Origin: Treponema sp.
Lineage (GTDB): Bacteria; Spirochaetota; Spirochaetia; Treponematales; Breznakiellaceae
NCBI GenBank assembly: GCA_009784975.1
Contig: WQXG01000004.1
Location: 19,761 to 83,760, forward strand
DNA: 64,000 bases
Direction: 5' to 3'
The first letter of the stretch is position 1. Each line of letters opens with the position of its first letter. The notes beneath the pieces were generated by a model. It made no database searches. It saw nothing but the letters and a program-made list of their open reading frames with translations, and had not been told where the DNA came from. Made by a program: the position numbers and the translations under genes. Below are positions 46,825 to 54,178 of this stretch, piece by piece.

Positions 46825-49800
46825 ATGAGAAAGATGGGAATAATACTGATATCTTTAGTTTTAATTTTTACCGGATGTATTGATGAACCGAACGGAAACA
46901 GCATAGAGCCTGTTATTAATGGAATTACATACGGATTTAATGAAGTACCTGTAACCGAAGACGGACTGGTAGAAATCGGCTATCGTAAAGAAGTATTATT
47001 TTCCGCTAACGCAGAAAACGCAACAATATTTTCATGGACTGCGGATGTTCCGGGCAGAGTAACAATAACTCCAAATAACAGCACTACAGCAATGATCAAG
47101 GGAATTGCCGGAGGAGATGTTAGAATAACATTTACCGCTTCTGACGGAACTTCAAGCGCTGTTTTTGAATTTACGATACAGGTTGAACACAGACCTGCAG
47201 AAGGCTTATGGCTGGATGTGATTCATGAAAACGATTTTGTAACAGAAAACCAGGAATTCATCATAAACGAAAAAGATTCCGAAGGTTTAACTTTTATAGC
47301 CGATGCGGCTGAAGATAATGCCGATGTATCAGATGCCGTTACCTGGACAGCGGAACCATCCGGCATAGTTACACTTAGCGTTACTTCCGGCAGCACGGTA
47401 ATAATTACACCGCGTGAAGCAGGAGAAGTTATTATTACAGTAAAAATCACATCTGTTATTTTCGATGACGAAGAATTATCATTTAAAATAATCGTAGAAG
47501 AAGAAAGCTTTGAAAATGTTTTATTCCTGTGGCGCGCATCAGATTACACCGGTTCAATACCAAATATAACAAGCGGCGGCTCAGCACCATCTTTTACCCA
47601 TACCAATTTTGAAAAATTCATGGAACAAAAAGACGGCATGGTAATAAAATCCATGCGCGGTTTTGGCAGCACTGTTACCACCAATGCGAAAGGACTTGCA
47701 TTAGGTTCCGATTCAAGCAATGCGCGGCTTGCCATTGGACAATATGCCAATGAGGGCACTGCGGCAGGTTCCGGCGGCAATCCTCCCGCTCATTCACCGC
47801 AAATGGATCCAATCCCGGATTACGGCGGCGAAATTGATCTTTACCGTAAAAAAGTACGCCTTACCATAGAGTACGCCGATGCCAGCACAATTGCAGGCGG
47901 TTACCTCTTACGCATTTATATCGGCAACAACGGAACAGGCGAAGCAAACTCAATTTTTGGAGCAGCAAGCAATCTTGTATCTTACGGCACAGATCCTCAT
48001 TTTGGAGCCACAGGCACATGGCTGGAAATACTGGATGCATCTGAAGGCAACACCTTAAGCGCAGGAAAAATAATTTTTGAAATTGACACAACAACAGAAA
48101 CCTTCACCTCTCTTGCAAACGAAAGATATCTTGCAAAAACATTTATCGCCCTGCACTGCCAGTCAGGCGGCACCAATAACTACGACGGCAAAATTACAAT
48201 AACAAGCATAAAGCTTGAATACATCGACGGCGAAGAAACACCGGATGTGCTTGCACTGGAAGTAAAAGAAGAAGGCACGGTTGTGCCGTCTGCGGGTATT
48301 ACGATAATTGGACCGGAAGAAAAAAACATTTCTGCGAACGTTACTCCTGTTGCTGATAGTATTACATGGGTAATAACAAATACAGATATTGCTACTGTAC
48401 ATCCAGCTTCAGGACAAAATGTAACAATTGCCGCCGGAACTGAAACCGGTACAACCTCTATCACTGTAACAGCGATTAAAGACGGATATTTTTCTGCAGC
48501 CAGAACATTTAATATTACTGTGCAGAATGTACCAATTGAATTAAGCGTAAAACAGGAAGACGATCCTGTAGGCGCATCAATTCAAATGAAAGAAGGAGAC
48601 CCGTCAATAACTCTTAGCGCAGAAGCAAATCCCAGCACTACTATAAACTGGGAAAGCGATAAACCTGAATTTGTAACAGTTACACCTCTGAACGGCGGAA
48701 CTTCTGCAACCATTACTGCAGAAGCTCCAGGGACAGCAACAATCACCGTTAGCGCTGAACTTGCAGGTTATGAATCTGCACAGAAAATTTTTACTGTTGC
48801 AGTAATTCCGGCAGACGGCGATCCCAATCTTATTTGGGAATGGAATTATGGAACTAACAATGGAGCAAAGGGTACATTTACATCTGCAAGTGATAACGCA
48901 TATCTTGTCGGCAAAGGAGTTCATCCAAAAGCAACAGTTATGCCAATCAGGCTTCAATCCGGCGCAATTGAAAACGATGACACTAAAGGCGGGATCAGAA
49001 TAAACGCATCATCAACTACAGGCATACTTTCAATAGGCACTTCTTCCAACACAGGTTCATTGACTGATTCTTCGCCTGCCGGAGAATTTAATTTTAAAGA
49101 CTTAATAAAAGATTCCGGAAAAATAAAAATAACCATTGCCTGCGAATTTGAAACAGCAGGTCAGGGTAATCGCGCTTTTATTGTCCAGCTTAACAATAAT
49201 ACCAGTGGTGGTACTAATTCGCCATTTGGACAGGCTCCCAGCAGGATTTTCTATTGGCAAAATACTCCGGGCGGCGCTGCTGCTCCAAGCAACTGGAACA
49301 GCGCAGAGGGCTTGGCTGAATGTGTTCAAATTGACAAAAGTTTAACAGACACAAACAATTACCTGGATAAAGTTTTTATTGGCATTGTCGCATTGGGATT
49401 AAATGCCGGAAACGCAGGCTGTACAGTTCTAATTAAAGGCATCAAGATCGAATATGTTCCTGAAGTACCAAGTGATGTTATTTTTGAATGGGATTATAAT
49501 GAAGATGGGTGGACTAATTTAGCTGCAAATGCCAATGGTTCACATGATAGCAAAAATATCAGAGCGGGAGGACAAGATCTTAATAGCCATGCAACAGAAG
49601 ACGGCGTAATCCTGAATGAAGGCGGTAGGTTTATAATCGGCGGCTCTACTACCAGTGTACCGACAACATCTACAACTGTAACTGACACAGGAGGACAGTT
49701 TAATTTTAGCTCTGCTATCACAGCAGGAAGAACGATAAAGATATCTATCGACTATAAGGTTTTAAACAACACTGGCAGCCAATCAAATAAATTTCTAAGA

Positions 49801-50076
49801 ATTCAAGTAAATAATAATACTACTACTAATAATGCTTCTGTACTAAATAATTGGGAAGTAGCAAGAGGTCAAATAGATTCTGGCAGTTTTCCTCAAGAGG
49901 GCACTCTTTCAGGAATATTTAATCCTGGAAGTGCTACTCTAACTACAGCAGCATTAGAATTACCAACTCCATTGGATTTGCAAACAGTACTATCACAATC
50001 ATTAATTGCCATAACCTTACCAGGTAACAGCGGTTCTGTACTCATTAAAAGTGTTAAAATAGAATATACAGATTAA
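46825..50076 (+). CDS. giant surface lipoprotein: Ig-like (Big_2-type) domains interleaved with three copies of the uncharacterised module
   Basis: ORF 46813..50076. ATG at 46825 follows GGAGGGA. Lipobox LIFTGC. Big_2-like segments include VRITFTASDG, ITVTAIKDGY and TITVSAELAGY. The modules end ITITSIKLEYID, VLIKGIKIEYVP and VLIKSVKIEYTD. Confidence 0.8.
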   Translation: MRKMGIILISLVLIFTGCIDEPNGNSIEPVINGITYGFNEVPVTEDGLVEIGYRKEVLFSANAENATIFSWTADVPGRVTITPNNSTTAMIKGIAGGDVRITFTASDGTSSAVFEFTIQVEHRPAEGLWLDVIHENDFVTENQEFIINEKDSEGLTFIADAAEDNADVSDAVTWTAEPSGIVTLSVTSGSTVIITPREAGEVIITVKITSVIFDDEELSFKIIVEEESFENVLFLWRASDYTGSIPNITSGGSAPSFTHTNFEKFMEQKDGMVIKSMRGFGSTVTTNAKGLALGSDSSNARLAIGQYANEGTAAGSGGNPPAHSPQMDPIPDYGGEIDLYRKKVRLTIEYADASTIAGGYLLRIYIGNNGTGEANSIFGAASNLVSYGTDPHFGATGTWLEILDASEGNTLSAGKIIFEIDTTTETFTSLANERYLAKTFIALHCQSGGTNNYDGKITITSIKLEYIDGEETPDVLALEVKEEGTVVPSAGITIIGPEEKNISANVTPVADSITWVITNTDIATVHPASGQNVTIAAGTETGTTSITVTAIKDGYFSAARTFNITVQNVPIELSVKQEDDPVGASIQMKEGDPSITLSAEANPSTTINWESDKPEFVTVTPLNGGTSATITAEAPGTATITVSAELAGYESAQKIFTVAVIPADGDPNLIWEWNYGTNNGAKGTFTSASDNAYLVGKGVHPKATVMPIRLQSGAIENDDTKGGIRINASSTTGILSIGTSSNTGSLTDSSPAGEFNFKDLIKDSGKIKITIACEFETAGQGNRAFIVQLNNNTSGGTNSPFGQAPSRIFYWQNTPGGAAAPSNWNSAEGLAECVQIDKSLTDTNNYLDKVFIGIVALGLNAGNAGCTVLIKGIKIEYVPEVPSDVIFEWDYNEDGWTNLAANANGSHDSKNIRAGGQDLNSHATEDGVILNEGGRFIIGGSTTSVPTTSTTVTDTGGQFNFSSAITAGRTIKISIDYKVLNNTGSQSNKFLRIQVNNNTTTNNASVLNNWEVARGQIDSGSFPQEGTLSGIFNPGSATLTTAALELPTPLDLQTVLSQSLIAITLPGNSGSVLIKSVKIEYTD

Positions 50077-50199
50077 CAACAAACCACCCGTAATCTTGTT
50101 GTAGGGCGCGGCGGGGATACGAACAGGGAAAACATCTTCGGCCGTTAAAAGGCGGGCTCTTTGCCGAAGTTTTCCCTGATCGCAGCCCCGCCGCGCCCG
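50076..50199 (+). other. two consecutive stem-loops, the second an extended GC-rich hairpin of about 95 nt
   Basis: First hairpin: ACAACAA-N13-TTGTTGT at 50076-50102. Second hairpin: GGGCGCGGCGGGG (50105-50117) pairs with CCCCGCCGCGCCC (50187-50199). It encloses CAGGGAAAAC/GTTTTCCCTG and CTTCGGC/GCCGAAG. It lies between the stop of the giant lipoprotein gene and mgtC. Confidence 0.6.
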
Positions 50200-50248
50200 T
50201 ACAGCAATATTTCTTGTTTGATTTAGTTTTTTGTAGTACAATTACCCC

Positions 50249-50926
50249 ATGCCTACAATCACAGAAATAGACATAGTAATACGCCTCTGCCTGGCCTTTG
50301 TTGCCGGCGGAATCATCGGGTTTGAACGTTCCAGCCGCCGCCAGGTTGCAGGTCTTAGAACGCATATACTTATCGCGGTGGGAGCATGCTGCCTTATGCT
50401 GCTATCCATTTGGCTGCCGCAATTTTTTAAAAGCGGGGATCCGGGCAGGATTGCAGCCCAGGTGGTTGCGGGCATGGGCTTTTTGGGAGCAGGCGCGATT
50501 ATCCGCCTTGGCAATGATGTTAAAGGGCTTACTACAGCCGCTTCATTGTGGGTTGTTGCAGCAATCGGCATGACAATAGGAGCCGGGTTGTATATCGCGG
50601 CAGTTGCGGCAGAAGCCCTTACGCTAATCTCACTATTGTGGCTGAGCAGAATAGAAAGAAAAATCTTCCCCGATATCCGCACCAAAATACTGGAAATACA
50701 ATACAATCACGGCAATGAGCCGAACACCGATATTGCAATGGAAGTTTTTAAAAGTTTCAGCGTAAAAAACCAATCAATGAATATTTATCACGGACAGGAA
50801 AATATAAAAAAAACAAAAGTGCGCTTTCTTGTAAGCATTTTAGAAACAACCGATGTTTCCAAACTTGTAAAAGCGCTTAAATCCAGCGATGATATCGAGA
50901 ATATCGAAGTTGAGGAAAAATATTGA
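50249..50926 (+). CDS. mgtC: MgtC/SapB family protein
   Basis: 225 aa. The N-terminal membrane domain RLCLAFVAGGIIGFERSSRRQVAGLRTHILIAVGA is the canonical MgtC pattern. A soluble C-terminal domain follows. Confidence 0.88.
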   Translation: MPTITEIDIVIRLCLAFVAGGIIGFERSSRRQVAGLRTHILIAVGACCLMLLSIWLPQFFKSGDPGRIAAQVVAGMGFLGAGAIIRLGNDVKGLTTAASLWVVAAIGMTIGAGLYIAAVAAEALTLISLLWLSRIERKIFPDIRTKILEIQYNHGNEPNTDIAMEVFKSFSVKNQSMNIYHGQENIKKTKVRFLVSILETTDVSKLVKALKSSDDIENIEVEEKY

Positions 50927-52134
50927 ATCTCACTGCGAATACCCTCACAACAGTAAGCGAACTTACGGAACAAATTCGCCTTAATCTTGAAGAATCGTTT
51001 TCTTCGGTTTTTGTTGAGGGAGAAATATCAAATTGCAGACCGGCAAGTTCCGGGCATCTTTATTTCAGCCTTAAAGATTCAGGAGCTAAAATTGACGCTG
51101 TGATGTTTAAAAACAGGCTGAGAACTTTAACCTTTGAGCCAAAAGACGGAATGCTGCTGCGTGTACGCGGAAGCCTTTCTGTCTATGCTCCGCGCGGAAC
51201 ATACTCCATCATCTGCGAAGAAATGGAAATTGCAGGAGCGGGTGAACTTCTTGCAATCCTTGAAAAAAGAAAACAAAAACTTGCTGCAGAAGGACTCTTT
51301 GACACAGATCGCAAAAAAGAATTGCCGCGATTTCCCTCTGCTGTGGGAGTAGTAAGTTCTCCGACAGGAGCTGCGGTTCGTGACATTATAAACATATTAA
51401 CAAGACGCGCTCCTAATTTAAAAATAATAATCCTCCCCGCCGCTGTGCAGGGAGAAGAAGCAGCTTCCCAAATCGCAGCGAGGATAAAGCAGGCAAATAA
51501 ATGGCGTCTTGCAGATGCGCTTATCGTGGGCAGAGGCGGCGGCTCATTGGAAGATTTGCTGCCCTTCTCTGATGAAGAAGTTGTCCGCGCAATTGCGGCA
51601 TCAAAAATTCCTGTAGTAAGCGCGGTTGGCCACGAAATAGACTGGGCATTAAGTGATTTTGCAGCGGACTTGCGCGCGCCCACTCCTTCCGCCGCAGCAG
51701 AACTTGTCAGCGAAGATTCATCAGCATTAAAAGATACAATTACAATGGCGGCGGAAAATTTATTTGATACAATTAATACGCGGCTGGAAAAAGCGCAGCT
51801 CCTCCTTAAACCATTTGCCCCGCAAGACATGGAGTACCGTATCCGCACAATCCTTCAGCCGCGCCTTATCCGCCTTGATGACGCGAAAGATACGCTAATC
51901 GGCGCAATGACAGACAAATGCGTAAATTTAAAAAACAGGATAAAATTAACAGACGCTGTTTTAAAAGCGGCAAGCCCTTTATCGGCAATGAAAAAAGGTT
52001 TCTCTGTTGTAACAGACAGCAAAGGCAAAGTTGTTCTGGACGCCGCAAATGTAAAAATCGGCGAAACACTTAATATAAGGCCGCTTAAGGGAACAATCAG
52101 CGCAGTAGCGGAAAAAATACAGGAAGGAGCATAA
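50923..52134 (+). CDS. xseA: exodeoxyribonuclease VII large subunit
   Basis: The TTG start overlaps the mgtC stop. OB-fold N-terminus VSELTEQIRLNLEESFSSVFVEGEISN...GHLYFSLKD, plus the GRGGGSLEDL motif. Confidence 0.92.
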   Translation: MNLTANTLTTVSELTEQIRLNLEESFSSVFVEGEISNCRPASSGHLYFSLKDSGAKIDAVMFKNRLRTLTFEPKDGMLLRVRGSLSVYAPRGTYSIICEEMEIAGAGELLAILEKRKQKLAAEGLFDTDRKKELPRFPSAVGVVSSPTGAAVRDIINILTRRAPNLKIIILPAAVQGEEAASQIAARIKQANKWRLADALIVGRGGGSLEDLLPFSDEEVVRAIAASKIPVVSAVGHEIDWALSDFAADLRAPTPSAAAELVSEDSSALKDTITMAAENLFDTINTRLEKAQLLLKPFAPQDMEYRIRTILQPRLIRLDDAKDTLIGAMTDKCVNLKNRIKLTDAVLKAASPLSAMKKGFSVVTDSKGKVVLDAANVKIGETLNIRPLKGTISAVAEKIQEGA

Positions 52135-52135
52135 T

Positions 52136-52408
52136 ATGGCAAAAAAAACAGCTGCCGCAAAAGGCAGCTCAATGAAAAATTTTGAGGAAAGGCTCAGACG
52201 GCTGGAAATACTGGGAGATCAAATTCGTAAAACCGATATTCCTCTGGATGAGGCTTTGGCTGCTTTTGAAGAAGGTATCCGCCTTGCGCGGGCTTTGGAA
52301 AGCGACCTTGAAAAAATAGAAAACAGAATCGAAATATTGATGAATTCAACAGAGGTGCCTTTGGATGAATCGCCTGATCTGGAACTGTTTGATGCCGGAG
52401 AAAACTAA
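52136..52408 (+). CDS. xseB: exodeoxyribonuclease VII small subunit
   Basis: 90 aa. FEERLRRLEILGDQIRKTDIPLDEALAAFEEGIRLARAL is the typical XseB helix-hairpin. Confidence 0.9.
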   Translation: MAKKTAAAKGSSMKNFEERLRRLEILGDQIRKTDIPLDEALAAFEEGIRLARALESDLEKIENRIEILMNSTEVPLDESPDLELFDAGEN

Positions 52409-54178
52409 GTGGATGGAATAGCGATTTTAGCGCCGGAAGAAGCAAGGCGTATTGCAGCGGGAGAGGTGATCGATCGCCCCGCGGCTCTTGTCAGGGAATT
52501 CCTTGATAATGCGATAGATGCAAAAGCAGCAAACATTGATATAACTCTGGAAGAAGGCGGGTGCAAAAAAACAGAATGTTCCGACGACGGCGCCGGCATG
52601 AGCCGCAAAGATTTGGAATTATGCTGGCATACTCATGCTACCAGTAAAATCCGCGCTCTTGCGGATTTGGACACTGCTCTTACTCTTGGTTTTCGCGGGG
52701 AAGCGCTTGCCGCCGCTTCTGCTGTTTCGCGCATTGAAATAATTACCAGCACAGACGGCAGAGAGGCATGGCAGCTTGAAACCGGACCCGGCGGCAGCAG
52801 CCCTGTCAAACTGGAACAAACACGGCGTACAAAGGGCACTACCATAAGAGCACTTAATCTTTTTGAAAGCATTCCTGCGCGCAAACGATTTTTAAAAAGG
52901 GAAGGAAGCGAAGCGGTTCTTTGCAGGCAGGCTTTCATTGACAAGGCATTGGCATTTAACGCAATCAATTTCCGTTTTATTCAGGACGGCAAACTAAAAG
53001 ATTTTCTGCCTGCGGTATCTTCAAAAAAAGAACGTTTTGCCGCCGCTACAGGGCATCAAAATTTTCTGCACGAAATAAATGTTACAGGAGACGGTTTTTC
53101 CGCCGTGATAGTTTTGGGCGGCCCTGAACTGTACCGCAATGACAGAAGACAGTTATTTGTTTTTGCCAACGGCAGAAGAGTGCATGATTTCTCGCTGATT
53201 CAGGCGATGGAATACGGCTCTCAGGGATGGTTCCCCAACGGCACTCATCCTGTAGGAGCAGTTTATGTTGAGGTAGATCCGTCTCTTGCGGATTTTAATA
53301 TTCACCCGGCAAAACGCGAAGTGCGTTTCCGTGACCCGGGAACGATCCACCATGCTGTCTCAGGGGCTGTGAAGAGTTTTTTTCATAATTTGTATCTTGG
53401 AAGAGTTGGCAAAGACTCTCGCAGAGACGCAGAGGCGCAGAGGACGCAGAGGGAAGAGGGGGAAGAGGTTGGAAGAGACTCTCGCAGACCGCAAACCGAA
53501 GGTTTGAAGGAGGCGCAGAGGACGCGGAGGGAAGAGGGGGAAGAAGGGGGAGAATTTAAATTTTCTTATGACTCTGCGATCTCTGCGTCTCTGCGGCTCC
53601 GCGAGAGTTTTTCCCAGTGCCTCTGCGAGAGTTCTTCCCAGTTTCCTGTGTATGCGGGGAGGGTGTTTGGGGTTTTTATTTTGATTGAGTGGGGGGATAA
53701 GCTCTACATTATCGATCAGCATGCGGCGCATGAACGTATTCTTTACGACAGGTTTTTAAAAGAGCCGATTCCCAAACAGGAATTGCTTGCGCCCATTCCT
53801 TTCTGTACAGATAGTGATGATGAGGATGCGTTTTTGGAAAAAAAGCGCGAAGAATTATCGCGGCTTGGGATTGATATCGAAAAAGATGAAACCGGCTGGC
53901 GTATCGATGCGCTTCCTTCGGATTGGCGGTTGGGCGATGCGGCAACCGTAAAGGAAATCCTTGAATTGCGGACAGCAGGGGAAAACATGGCGGAGCGCTG
54001 GGCTGCAACGATGTGCTGCCGGGCGGCAATTAAAGACGGTGATTACCCGGATGATGAAACTGCACTTGCTCTTGGCAAGGAGGCGCTTGCCCTGAAAGAC
54101 CCGCGCTGCCCTCACGGCCGTCCTGTCTGGACAGAGATTAGCAAGGAAGCGCTTTACAAAGCTGTCAGAAGGGATTGA
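52409..54178 (+). CDS. mutL: DNA mismatch repair endonuclease MutL
   Basis: GTG start directly after the xseB stop. N-terminal GHKL ATPase motifs IAAGEVIDRPAALVREFLDNAIDA and LGFRGEAL. C-terminal endonuclease motif DQHAAHERILYDRF. Confidence 0.92.
   Translation: MDGIAILAPEEARRIAAGEVIDRPAALVREFLDNAIDAKAANIDITLEEGGCKKTECSDDGAGMSRKDLELCWHTHATSKIRALADLDTALTLGFRGEALAAASAVSRIEIITSTDGREAWQLETGPGGSSPVKLEQTRRTKGTTIRALNLFESIPARKRFLKREGSEAVLCRQAFIDKALAFNAINFRFIQDGKLKDFLPAVSSKKERFAAATGHQNFLHEINVTGDGFSAVIVLGGPELYRNDRRQLFVFANGRRVHDFSLIQAMEYGSQGWFPNGTHPVGAVYVEVDPSLADFNIHPAKREVRFRDPGTIHHAVSGAVKSFFHNLYLGRVGKDSRRDAEAQRTQREEGEEVGRDSRRPQTEGLKEAQRTRREEGEEGGEFKFSYDSAISASLRLRESFSQCLCESSSQFPVYAGRVFGVFILIEWGDKLYIIDQHAAHERILYDRFLKEPIPKQELLAPIPFCTDSDDEDAFLEKKREELSRLGIDIEKDETGWRIDALPSDWRLGDAATVKEILELRTAGENMAERWAATMCCRAAIKDGDYPDDETALALGKEALALKDPRCPHGRPVWTEISKEALYKAVRRD
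53399..53640 (+). repeat. in-frame block of direct and inverted short repeats (CGCAGAG / CTCTGCG units plus a 33-nt direct repeat) in the mutL linker
   Basis: CGCAGAG occurs four times at 53420-53451 with 8, 8 and 9 nt spacing. A 33-nt direct repeat, GGCGCAGAGGACGC(A/G)GAGGGAAGAGGGGGAAGA, occurs at 53434-53466 and 53512-53544 (32 of 33 identical). The reverse-complement units CTCTGCG are at 53572, 53581, 53589, 53597 (variant) and 53621. Confidence 0.85.

Noticed and set aside
50077-50248. M-box (ykoK) Mg2+ riboswitch upstream of mgtC
   Set aside because: The structure is a single extended hairpin of about 95 nt. It lacks the three-helix architecture and conserved M-box sequence as I remember it, and it needs Rfam confirmation.
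50017-50706. Minus-strand ORFs 50017..50241, 50054..50365 and 50242..50706
   Set aside because: They run through the GC-rich hairpin and antisense to mgtC. The mgtC frame has the canonical family motif.
51183-52172. Minus-strand ORFs of 221 aa and 105 aa opposite xseA and xseB
   Set aside because: These are antisense shadows of well-supported genes, with low-complexity Ser/Ala-rich products.
53399-53640. Possibility that the mutL repeat block is a CRISPR array
   Set aside because: The units are 7 nt with 8-9 nt periodicity and occur in both orientations. There are no 25-40 nt repeats or spacers and no cas genes, and the block lies inside an intact reading frame.
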